A stretch of 64,000 nt of DNA from an uncultured Holophagales bacterium (GTDB taxonomy: Bacteria > Acidobacteriota > Thermoanaerobaculia > Multivoradales > UBA5704), in contig CAWJGT010000032.1 in NCBI GenBank assembly GCA_963842525.1, positions 124,800-188,799 on the forward strand, in the 5' to 3' direction. A model generated the notes under the pieces. It worked only from the letters and a program-made list of their open reading frames with translations. It was not told the origin of the DNA and did not search any database. This document shows, piece by piece, positions 55,544 to 64,000 of this stretch (within the stretch, counting starts at the first letter, position 1; every line of letters starts with the position of its first letter). A program made the translations under genes and the position numbers.

Positions 55544-58500
55544 ATGAGGTCACGTCGCGCCGCATTCTCCCTTGCCCTGGTGGTCCTGCCGCTCGCGGGA
55601 GCCCTTGCCCTTCTGCGCCCCGCATCTCCGGTGCGAGCCACGGAGCCGGACCAGGAGAGCATTCCCGCGGTCTGCCGGGAGAAGCTGCCGCTGCCGAGCG
55701 AATACGAATTTCGGAAATCGGAGTACGAGCTCCTCCTCGGCCGCTTCATGAAGGCGGAGTGCTACAAGCACCTGGGCTGGCCGCATGACGTCCAGATCCG
55801 CCCCTCCGGTCCGACGATCGCGACGCTCGGGACGTCGAGCACCGATCCACACCTGCCGGCCTGGGTCTCCCAGAGCTGGGCGGTCCACGGCTCGGTGCTC
55901 GTCTATTACTCGCCCGACGTCTACCGGTGGATGTGCGAGCGTGATGCGGCCGGCGAGCGGCATTTCGTGGAGAAGTGCCGCGAGGCCTTCCCGCAGCTCA
56001 GCCTCGACGGCAAGGGTGAGGTCCAGCCCATTGCCGACGGCGCCATGATCGTCAAGCTCATGTACGGCACCACGACCGAGGAGATGCTCCGCGACCCGAA
56101 TCCTGCCAAGTTCAAGCTCCTCAGCATCCCCTTCATGGTCAAGGACCGGCAGGGCGCCAAGGACGGCTGGTGGTGGGCCACCTGGGTGCCGACGGATATC
56201 GTGCCCCAGGAGGCCCAGCTCGACTGGCCTCCACCGGTCAACTTTCCCTATCCCTGGATGGGCTTCGGCTATTACTGCGTCAACTGCCACGCCTCGGCCG
56301 ACGCGGAATTCACCTTCTCCAACCTGGCGTTCGTGCTCGGCAAGCCCAACAGCTTCCCGACGTTCTATCTGCAGGACCAGCCGCCCCTGCTGGACGACAA
56401 ACCCATGGACGACGTCGACGTCGACTCCGATGCGCACGTGGAGGCGATGCCCTCGCACGACCGGATCCATGCCCTCGGCCCGCCCTCGCAGGTGAGCCGG
56501 GTGAGCCAACCGCTGTCCGCCTATGGAAAGGATTTCCTTGCGACCTTCGGCGCCGGGCGGGTGACGAAGCCGACCTGGAAAGAGGCCGAGGCGAAGCTGG
56601 CCATGCCTCCGGAGCCCTACGATCATGCGGTTTCCGGCGCCGGCGGGCCGCCGCTGTTCCTCACCTCGGACCAGTGCGTCGGCTGCCACGCCGCGGGCGC
56701 GACCGGCATGCATTTCGACATGACGCTCCAGCCGGCGAGCCAGAAGGCCTACGAAGGACTGATCAATATTGCTCCCTATGGCGAATGGCGCAGCTCGCCC
56801 ATGGGGCTCGCCGGCCGCGATCCGATCTTCTTCGCCCAGCTCGAGAGCGAGGAGACGCTGCACGCCGGCATCGCGCCGGTGATCCAGGACCTCTGCCTGC
56901 ACTGCCACGGCGTCATGGGCCAGCGGCAGTTCTGCCTCGATCAGTTCCCCGGCGATCCCGAGAAGGCAAACGAGGTCTGCAACAACACGGCGCTGCTGGG
57001 GTTGAATCAGAATTCGCAGCCCATCGTGAAACGCGAGCTGTTCCAGCGCAAGATGGTGAACGCCATCCCCTACCAGGCAGTCACGCCCGAGCAGCAGCGG
57101 GATTCCCTGTACGGAGGCCTCGCCCGCGACGGCGTCTCCTGCACGGTCTGCCATCACATCGAGGTGGACGAAAGCAAACCCATCGGCGACACCTTCACCG
57201 GCGACTTCGTGGCGAACGCTCCGACCGCGATCCTCGGCCCCTTCGACGGACCGCAGCAGGTGCCGATGGATCACACGCTCGGCATCAAACCGATCGAATA
57301 CACCAACATCCACTCCTCGAAGATCTGCGGGAGCTGCCACAGTGTGGTGCTGCCGGTGTTCGACGGCAGCAAGCCGTTCATCGACCGCCGGACCGGCAAG
57401 CCGAAGATCATCATCGAGCAGGCGACCTATCCGGAATGGGTGCTCAGCGACTTCCGCGACGGCGGCGCGACGCCGCGTTCCTGTCAGAGCTGCCACATGC
57501 CCACCAGCTATCCGGGAGTCGATGGGACGCTCGAATCCAAGATCGCCTCCATCCAGGAGGCGAGCAACATGCCGCAGACCGAGAACCGGCGGCCGATGTC
57601 GGAGATCGATCTGAAACCGCGGCAGCCGTTCTCACGTCACGCGCTGGTGGGCCTGAACGTCTTCTTCAACAAGATCGCCCAGCAGTTCCCGGACATCCTG
57701 GGCATCCGCATCCAGGACCCGATGCTCACCTCCCGCGGTGTGGCGCCCCTGACGACCACCTACAACTCCATGATCCAGCAGGCCGACAACGAGACCGCGA
57801 CCGTGGCGGTGAGCAATGTAAAGATGGAGGACGGCCAGCTCACTGCCCAGGTGGAGGTGCAGAACCTCGCCGGCCACAAGCTCCCATCAGGCGTTGGCTT
57901 CCGCCGGCTTTTCGTCGAGCTTTCGGTGCTCGACGCGAGCGGACAGCCGATCTGGGTGTCCGGCCGCACCTCGCCGGCGGGTGTGATCCTCGACGAGAAC
58001 AACAAGCCGGTGAGGGGCGAATTCTATTGGAAGAGCGAATGTCAGCCCATGACCGTGGCGGAGCAGAAGGACTGGTTCCAGCCCCACTACACGAACATCA
58101 CGCGGCAGGACCAGGTACAGATCTATCAGGAATTGGTGCGCGATCCGCGCGGCAAGCTCACCACCAGCTTCCTGTCCATCGCCCACGACCTGAAGGACAA
58201 CCGCCTCCTGCCGCGAGGCTGGGACCCGAGCGTCGAGCGAGCGGAGAAAGCCGGTCTGGGCAGCGCCAAGCTCAGCGCGGAGGACCTGGTCCACGACATC
58301 CTGCCCAAGCTGCCCTCCGGCCGAGGCGGACAGGTGAGCGATCCCTGGTACCTGCCCAAGTCCCAGGGCGGCCTGGGAGGCGGCGGCGACGCATTGACCT
58401 ACACCATCCCGCTCTCGGACCTGGGAGGCCGCCAGCCGGCAACCATCCAGGCGAAGCTCTTCTACCAGGCCATCCCGCCCTTCTATCTCCAGGACCGCTT

Positions 58501-58654
58501 CTGCACGGCCCCGCAGAAGCCGGACACCTCGCGCCTCTTCTTCCTCACCGGCCACCTCGACCTGTCCGGCACGCGGGCGGAGGGCTGGCGGCTGCTGGTG
58601 GTGTCGTCCGGCGCGGTGGCGGTGCCGGGAATAAGTGTCCGAAGCTCTCTGTAG
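55544..58654 (+). CDS. Exported multiheme cytochrome c with N-terminal cytochrome P460-like domain
   Basis: Signal peptide; six CxxCH motifs (CVNCH, CVGCH, CLHCH, CTVCH, CGSCH, CQSCH); GAMIVK..MVKD..DGWWW before the first heme. Confidence 0.85.
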   Translation: MRSRRAAFSLALVVLPLAGALALLRPASPVRATEPDQESIPAVCREKLPLPSEYEFRKSEYELLLGRFMKAECYKHLGWPHDVQIRPSGPTIATLGTSSTDPHLPAWVSQSWAVHGSVLVYYSPDVYRWMCERDAAGERHFVEKCREAFPQLSLDGKGEVQPIADGAMIVKLMYGTTTEEMLRDPNPAKFKLLSIPFMVKDRQGAKDGWWWATWVPTDIVPQEAQLDWPPPVNFPYPWMGFGYYCVNCHASADAEFTFSNLAFVLGKPNSFPTFYLQDQPPLLDDKPMDDVDVDSDAHVEAMPSHDRIHALGPPSQVSRVSQPLSAYGKDFLATFGAGRVTKPTWKEAEAKLAMPPEPYDHAVSGAGGPPLFLTSDQCVGCHAAGATGMHFDMTLQPASQKAYEGLINIAPYGEWRSSPMGLAGRDPIFFAQLESEETLHAGIAPVIQDLCLHCHGVMGQRQFCLDQFPGDPEKANEVCNNTALLGLNQNSQPIVKRELFQRKMVNAIPYQAVTPEQQRDSLYGGLARDGVSCTVCHHIEVDESKPIGDTFTGDFVANAPTAILGPFDGPQQVPMDHTLGIKPIEYTNIHSSKICGSCHSVVLPVFDGSKPFIDRRTGKPKIIIEQATYPEWVLSDFRDGGATPRSCQSCHMPTSYPGVDGTLESKIASIQEASNMPQTENRRPMSEIDLKPRQPFSRHALVGLNVFFNKIAQQFPDILGIRIQDPMLTSRGVAPLTTTYNSMIQQADNETATVAVSNVKMEDGQLTAQVEVQNLAGHKLPSGVGFRRLFVELSVLDASGQPIWVSGRTSPAGVILDENNKPVRGEFYWKSECQPMTVAEQKDWFQPHYTNITRQDQVQIYQELVRDPRGKLTTSFLSIAHDLKDNRLLPRGWDPSVERAEKAGLGSAKLSAEDLVHDILPKLPSGRGGQVSDPWYLPKSQGGLGGGGDALTYTIPLSDLGGRQPATIQAKLFYQAIPPFYLQDRFCTAPQKPDTSRLFFLTGHLDLSGTRAEGWRLLVVSSGAVAVPGISVRSSL

Positions 58655-58679
58655 AGGGTGCTGGGCGTGGTGGGGGCCC

Positions 58680-58707
58680 CTGGGACCGCGGGCGTCTCGC
58701 CCGCACA
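58680..58707 (+). repeat. REP family C copy
   Basis: CTGGGACCGCGGGCGTCTCGCCCGCAC, compare 21374-21400. Confidence 0.65.
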
Positions 58708-58769
58708 GACTTTCATCGACCGCGGCGTTGCCGCCGGCTCCAGGTCATCTATCGTAGTAATATGGCGCT

Positions 58770-59198
58770 ATGGAGCTGGCGGATCGATTAAGGCAAACAG
58801 CGGCGGCGCACCCGGAGATCCGGCTGGCGGTCCTCTTCGGATCGATGGCCCGGGGAGAGGCGCACCGTCACAGTGATGTTGACATCGGGTTGCTCCTGGA
58901 ACCTTATTCGGCATCTCTCCTTTTTCGAGTGGAGGCAGAGCTCGGGCGCGCTGCTGGGCGCGAGGTTGATATAGTCCTGCTTGATGGAGCATCGCCTCTC
59001 CTGCGCTTCGAGGTGGCGCGGGAGGGTATCCTTCTTTTTGAGCGGGAGGTGGGGCTCTGGACTGAGTTCAGCGCCAAGTCCATGATCGATTGGTGGGACT
59101 GGGCGCCGACGGCCCGCATGATTCAGCGAGCAATCATTCGAGATCTGAGGGAGCAAGTCGAAGCATGGTCAAGCCTGACGTCGTCTCCGGCAAGGTAG
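58770..59198 (+). CDS. mntA: MntA-type minimal nucleotidyltransferase antitoxin
   Basis: LFGSMARGEAHRHSDVDIG..VDIVLL. Confidence 0.88.
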   Translation: MELADRLRQTAAAHPEIRLAVLFGSMARGEAHRHSDVDIGLLLEPYSASLLFRVEAELGRAAGREVDIVLLDGASPLLRFEVAREGILLFEREVGLWTEFSAKSMIDWWDWAPTARMIQRAIIRDLREQVEAWSSLTSSPAR

Positions 59199-59584
59199 CC
59201 AGGGCCAAGGGCTGGCTCGATCAAGCCGAGAGTCTGATTTCCGCGCCCCTCCCGGATCTGATGAAGGACGAGGATCGCCGGGACCTTGCAAGTTTTCGCC
59301 TCTTCCTTGCAATCCAAGAGTGCATCGATCTCGCCGCCCATTGGATCGCGGACATGAGATGGGGTTCCCCCGACGACGCCGCCTCCATGTTCGATGTTTT
59401 GGCTGACCGTCAGGCGATTGACCGCGATCTTGCGCAAGGGCTTCGGGGCGCGGTCGGGCTGCGGAACCGCATCGCTCATGGCTATTCCACGGTAGACCAC
59501 GCACTGGTCCAGAGACAGTTTCAAGAGGGCGCCGCGACGCTTCGCCGCTTTCTCGCCATTGTCGCCTCCGAAGCCGGTCTCTGA
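59165..59584 (+). CDS. hepT: HepT/DUF86 HEPN ribonuclease toxin
   Basis: AIQECIDLAAH; RX4HXY motif RNRIAHGY. Confidence 0.88.
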   Translation: MVKPDVVSGKVARAKGWLDQAESLISAPLPDLMKDEDRRDLASFRLFLAIQECIDLAAHWIADMRWGSPDDAASMFDVLADRQAIDRDLAQGLRGAVGLRNRIAHGYSTVDHALVQRQFQEGAATLRRFLAIVASEAGL

Positions 59585-59587
59585 GCC

Positions 59588-59975
59588 ATGCCCCCGACCC
59601 GCAAGCCGGCGCCGGCCCATCCGTTCGAGAAGATCTATGCCGTGATCGCCTGCATCCCGCCGGGCAAGGTGGCCACGTACGGGCAGGTGGCGGCGATGGC
59701 AGGCTTGGTCCGCTCCGCGCGGCGGGTTGGCACCGCTCTCCGATCGACGCCTGAAGGCTTGGACATTCCCTGGCAGCGGGTGATCAATTCCCGCGGCGAG
59801 ATCAGCTCGCGCGGCGGAGTCGGCTGGGAGGAGGGCTTGCAGCGCCACCTCCTGGAAGAGGAGGGCGTGGTCTTCGACGAGCGTGGCCGGATCGACCTCG
59901 AACGCTTCCGTTGGGAAGCACGAGAAGCCGGTGCGGCGGAAGAGGAAGCGCGGCCGAGTGAGCCAGGCTCGATAA
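59588..59975 (+). CDS. Alkyltransferase-like protein (ATL/YbaZ, MGMT family)
   Basis: IPPGKVATYGQVA..ARRVG..IPWQRVINSRG (Trp replaces catalytic Cys)..LEEEGV; 3' end uncertain. Confidence 0.82.
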
Positions 59976-59982
59976 GCTTCCG

Positions 59983-60527
59983 CTACGGCCCTCGCCGTCG
60001 TCGGAATCCTCGCCTGGCAACTCTTCGGGTTGCACCCGCGGAATCAGTGTGGCCTCTTCGATCCGCGACTGGTATTCGGCCAGCAGCCCGCCGAAGCTCG
60101 GCTCGGCGGTCTTCCACCAGTCGGCGAAGGTCTGTTCGCCGGCCTGGATGGCGCTCAGCCGCTCGATTGTCATGGTCCCTCCGGCTTCGGGGACATGAGT
60201 GTCGACGACCTGGTAGGTCAGCTCCAGCGGCTGGTTCTGGTGGTCCAGCAGGAAGATCTCCATCCCACGATCGAGGAAGAACGACGAGGTCTTGCCATCC
60301 GGCTGGCGGATCACCGCGTGCAGGTAGTCGCCTGCCTCGAAACCGACGAATTCGCCCTTGAGGCTCTTCGTCTCCCGGATCGTCTCGGGAACCTGCCCGG
60401 CTGGCTCGGCAGTGGGCTCGGCCTCGGCGGCGCTGGCAGGGGTCTCTACCGGCGGCGGGTCCGTCGCGGGAGCGCGGCAGCCCGCGAGCAGGCTCAGCAG
60501 GATCAGTGCGACGGACGTGGCTCTCAT
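59983..60527 (-). CDS. Lipoprotein, hypothetical
   Basis: MRATSVALILLSLLAGC lipobox; GEFVGFEAGDYLHAVI; 3' end uncertain (ORF reads on to 59802). Confidence 0.6.
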
Positions 60528-60608
60528 CACAGCTCCTCTCCAGTGCCATCGAAACGAGGTCAGGGAGGGAGATGCTATACCAGTATGGCCAGCCAAGAGG
60601 ACGTTCCC

Positions 60609-60949
60609 ATGAGACAAGCGCAAGACTTTTCCCACGTGCCGATCCTTGACGTGAGCGAGCTGGTCGCCGGCATAACAGTCATTGGGAGGGCGCCGCGCAG
60701 CTCGGGCAGGCGTGCCGGGAGAGCGGCTTCTTCTACGTCGTCGGGCACGGCGTGGACGAGGGCCTGCAACAGCGGCTGCGCGAGCTCAGCCGGGCTCTTT
60801 GCGCAGGACCTGGAGGCGGCGTGGAGCCTCCCTCCGACGACGACCGCTGGGATCACGCCAGCGTCCATGACTTCCAGGGCACCTACGGCGAGTACCTGCT
60901 CAACAAGGTTGGCAAGGTTTTCCCGGAGCTGCGGCAGGCAGCGCTCTAG
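60609..60949 (+). pseudogene. Internally deleted isopenicillin-N-synthase-like 2OG-Fe(II) oxygenase
   Basis: N-terminal [25 protein letters not shown] joined to C-terminal [29 protein letters not shown]; catalytic core absent. Confidence 0.75.
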
Positions 60950-61578
60950 CGGCCTGCTTTCAGGATCTCCTCGTATCCCTCGAGCAGCGCGGTCTGGAAA
61001 TTGAGAACAGTCTTCACCCGCTGGGTCATGACCTCGAGCATCCGCTGTGGATCGTCCTTCACCCGCTCCGGGATGGCGTCGATACGGTCCAGGAGACTGG
61101 TCTGATTGGTCACATAGAGGGACTGGAGCTCGTAGATGCGCGAGACGCGTGTCACCCAGTCGTAGTCGACGAAGTGGGCCGCCTGGGTTACCTGAGCGGT
61201 CTGCCAGGAGGCGGAGGAGAGGAGGGCGATGGAGAAGTTGACTTCGAGCGGCGGCTCCTCTCCCGCCTCGACCCGAAGCAGATCCTCCTCCAGGCGTTTC
61301 AGCATGGCCCTGTTGGAGTCCAGGGTACGGCGCAGCTCTGCGGCGTTGGCGCGGATCTCTTCGAGGATGCTGGTCCGGGCGCGATCGGCCAGGGCCTGCC
61401 GGCTTCGCGTCTCGCGCCACTCGTCGACCGCGAAGGCCAGGAGCACGGCAAAAACCACCGAGGCGGCCTCCAGAAGCAGCTCCGGAAGCTTCTCCCTCAG
61501 CCGAGGCCGTAGGTGGCCCGGGGCCGCTTGCCGGGTCGCTGCCTCCTCGCTCTCGGTCCGTTCCGGTTGCACTGGCAT
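60946..61578 (-). CDS. Membrane-anchored hypothetical protein
   Basis: [24 protein letters not shown] segment followed by a helical domain. Confidence 0.7.
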   Translation of the reverse strand: MPVQPERTESEEAATRQAAPGHLRPRLREKLPELLLEAASVVFAVLLAFAVDEWRETRSRQALADRARTSILEEIRANAAELRRTLDSNRAMLKRLEEDLLRVEAGEEPPLEVNFSIALLSSASWQTAQVTQAAHFVDYDWVTRVSRIYELQSLYVTNQTSLLDRIDAIPERVKDDPQRMLEVMTQRVKTVLNFQTALLEGYEEILKAGR

Positions 61579-61583
61579 GACCT

Positions 61584-62060
61584 CTATTCTGCCCGCAGTG
61601 CCACCATCGGATCTACCTGCGTGGCCCGGCGGCCCGGCAGCCAGGCCGCGGCGAGCGATACAGCCGCCAGGGCGAAGGCCACGGCAGCGAACGTGGCGGG
61701 GTCGGTCGCCGGCACGCCGAAGAGCAGGCTGGCCATCACCCGCGTGGCACCGAGAGCCAGCACGAGGCCTGTGAAAAGGCCGATACCAGCCAGAATCCCG
61801 GCTTCCTTGAGGATCATCCACAGCACCGTGCTGCGCTGGGCGCCAAGGGCCATACGCAACCCCAGCTCCCGCGTCCGGTGGGCGACCGACCAAGCGTCGC
61901 GGAACGGCAGGCGCCGCAGCAGCACCGCCTCCACCACCGTGAACAGCGCCGTGTTGGCGCCGATCCCCAGCGCCAGCGTCAGCACGGCCACCAGGGTGAA
62001 AGCCGGGCGCCGCGCGAGCGTCCGCAGGCCGAAACGGAGGTCCTGCAGGAGGGTTTCCAT
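61584..62060 (-). pseudogene. ADOP/ABC permease reduced to its N- and C-termini
   Basis: [34 protein letters not shown] joined in frame to [26 protein letters not shown]; family members are normally several times longer. Confidence 0.8.
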
Positions 62061-62108
62061 GGGGGTCTCCTTCTGCAAAGAGAGTACGAGGGGAGGAAGG
62101 AAGACGTT

Positions 62109-63026
62109 TCAGGTGAGCACGATCCGCTCTGCCACGTCCTCGATTGCAGCGGCCAAAGCCTCCGGGACCTCTTCCTGCAGGAAATGACCGGCCTCTGTCC
62201 GCGTGACCGGGGCCTGTGGGAAGGCGCGCTCGTGGCGCCGCAGCGCCCTGCCGAGGATCGGATCTCTCATCCCCCAGACCAGCGCGATCGGACCTGGGAA
62301 GGACCGCGCCCAGGCATCACCATGGCGCAGCGCCTCCATGCTCCAGTGGTCCGGCCGGTTGGGAACCATCCGCGCCAGGGCGAGCGGAGCGACGCGGTCG
62401 TCCCACGTCCGCAGGGGCCATCGATACGCCCGGGCCACCTCGCCGCGGATCGACGCCTTGTCCCCCTGCACCCGCCGCAACACATTCTGGGGGAACCCGA
62501 GGCCGCGGAACACGAGATCGCTCAGGAGCGGCACGCGCGCAAAGGTGTGGAACGCGGTGCTCCGCGGAAAGGCGGGGACAGACACGACAGTGTTGGCGAA
62601 GACGAGGCCGGCGAAGCGCTCCGGCAGCCGCGCCCCCACCTGCGCGCCGATCGAGCCTCCCCAGTCCTGCCCGACCAGCACGATGCCGCGGAGATCGAGG
62701 CTCTCCACGACCTCGGCGATCGCCGCGCCATGGCGCTCGACCCGATGATCCGCGAGCTGCGGCAGGCGCGACGAGAGCCCCAGGCCCAGGAGGTCTGGAG
62801 CCACGCAGCGGAAGGACGGCAGAAGCGGGATGACCTTGCGCCAGAGGAAGCACCACGTCGGATTCCCATGCAGCAGCAGGACCGGCCGCGCCGCCGGATC
62901 GCCATGGTCGATCAGATGGACCTGTCGTCCAGCATCCGGCCCCTTCTCCAGCACGTAGGCCGCCCGGCGGAAAGGGAGCTGGCGGGAGAGGAAGTCCGGC
63001 AGGGGAGGCGGATCGGTCCAGGGCAT
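62109..63026 (-). CDS. Haloalkane-dehalogenase-like alpha/beta hydrolase
   Basis: LLHGNPTW, APDLLGLGLS, GQDWGG (Asp nucleophile), AGHFLQEE. Confidence 0.85.
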   Translation of the reverse strand: MPWTDPPPLPDFLSRQLPFRRAAYVLEKGPDAGRQVHLIDHGDPAARPVLLLHGNPTWCFLWRKVIPLLPSFRCVAPDLLGLGLSSRLPQLADHRVERHGAAIAEVVESLDLRGIVLVGQDWGGSIGAQVGARLPERFAGLVFANTVVSVPAFPRSTAFHTFARVPLLSDLVFRGLGFPQNVLRRVQGDKASIRGEVARAYRWPLRTWDDRVAPLALARMVPNRPDHWSMEALRHGDAWARSFPGPIALVWGMRDPILGRALRRHERAFPQAPVTRTEAGHFLQEEVPEALAAAIEDVAERIVLT

Positions 63027-63087
63027 GGCGAGCCGAGTCTACCTCCTCCAGCCGGTTCCGGAAGCGACTCAGAGCCACGTGGGATCG

Positions 63088-63352
63088 ATCCAGAAAATTT
63101 GGAAGGCATCCAGAGTCACGCGGAACCGGTGCAGAAAATTTGGAAGGCCTGCCAGGTTTTTTGGAAGCGATCCAGAAAACTTGGAACGCGTCCAGAATTT
63201 TTTGGGACCGGCGCAGAAAACTTGGAACGCCTACCAAATTTCCGGAAGCGGTCCAGGAAATTTGGAACGCGTCCGGAGTTTCTTGGAACCGGTACAGAAA
63301 ATTTGGAACGCCTACCAAATTTTTGGAATCGATCCAGAAAATTTGGAACGCG
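63088..63352. repeat. AT-rich tandem repeat, 7 units of about 41 bp
   Basis: CAG(A/G)AAA(T/C)TTGGAA(C/G)GC at 63091, 63132, 63173, 63214, 63254, 63295 and 63335. Confidence 0.85.
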
Positions 63353-63575
63353 TCGCAAATCCCTCGAAACCTCCTCAGAGTCACGCCCAATCGATACTGA
63401 GTCGCGCAGAAGCATCTCCGGTGATCTGAAGGCGACACGGGCCAAGCTGGACCGTTCCCAGGATACCTGAAACGCCTCCGGAGTCGGCCACTCGGGGTCC
63501 AGGGTCGCCGCGGACTCGGGTGGTGGAGCGGCACGGCGCTTGCGTCTTCCCATTTCGGGAACTATCCTACCCAAT

Positions 63576-63970
63576 ATGGGAACTGCGCTCACGCCGAGCA
63601 CGAGACTCGCCGATGCTCTCTTCTCGCCCGTCCAGCAGCGTGTCCTCGCGCTTCTCTTCGGCCAGCCAGGCGGAGCTTTCAGAGCGCAGAGGTGATTACG
63701 CTAGCAGATTCCGGCACCGGCGCGGTGCATCGCCAACTGGTTCGCCTCGCGGAGAGCGGGTTGATCACAGCCACCCGAGTCGGGAACCAGAAGCACTACC
63801 AGGCTAACCGCGATTCGCCGGTCTTCGCCGAGCTACACGGCTTGGTAGTTAAGACCATTGGCATCGCCGGCCCGCTGGAAGAGGCTCTCGCGCTCTTCAG
63901 GGATCGGATTCAGGCAGCCTTCGTGTATGGCTCGATCGCCAAAGGAACGGATACAGCCTAAAGCGACGTT
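63576..63970 (+). pseudogene. HTH + nucleotidyltransferase (MntA-like) gene, frameshifted and truncated
   Basis: LADALFSPVQQRVLALLFGQP then GAVHRQLVRLAESGL..YQANRDSPVF..FVYGSIAKGTDTA*SDV; stop falls inside the NTase motif. Confidence 0.75.
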
Positions 63971-64000
63971 GCAGCGCCCGGTCCATGTCAATCTGGCAAC

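Noticed and set aside
59588-60361. 257-aa extended alkyltransferase-like ORF
   Set aside because: Homology ends near residue 110 and the extension overlaps a convergent lipoprotein gene; likely an indel near the true stop
63088-63352. Possible CRISPR array
   Set aside because: Linkers are homologous to each other and the conserved core is only about 17 bp
63971-64000. Possible IS end (TGTCAATCTGGCAAC) truncating the MNT gene
   Set aside because: The window ends here; no transposase or partner repeat is visible

Overview
High-GC bacterial window, most consistent with Acidobacteriota (Thermoanaerobaculia-like: ADOP permease remnant, GC-rich palindromic repeats). It holds a core block (rpsP-khpA-rimM-trmD-rplS-rnhB plus an SgmX-like TPR gene), an IS200-like/RAYT transposase flanked by its own REP family, a small defence patch (GmrSD-like DUF262-DUF1524, AbiE), and an orphan argR near a deoxyhypusine-synthase-like gene. 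It also carries isocitrate dehydrogenase and citrate synthase, several toxin-antitoxin pairs, a VIT-VWA/exosortase/CreC module, a TIR-CHAT-STAND-TPR NLR-like gene, a single-chain acyl-CoA carboxylase with a degenerate biotin carboxylase part, and a P460-like multiheme cytochrome. The best candidate for an undescribed system is 23467-34730: ECF sigma, membrane anti-sigma, lipoprotein-signal TPR-CHAT (caspase-like) protease, secreted subtilase, VWA/beta-barrel protein and an exported protein. Three of these genes share a bipartite TGTCA(G/A)AA...AA(A/G)(A)(G)C motif upstream, which looks like the sigma factor's own promoter. Many single-base frameshifts, even in essential genes, suggest long-read indel errors, so pseudogene calls need read-level confirmation. 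All family assignments are from motif recognition by eye, without database searches.
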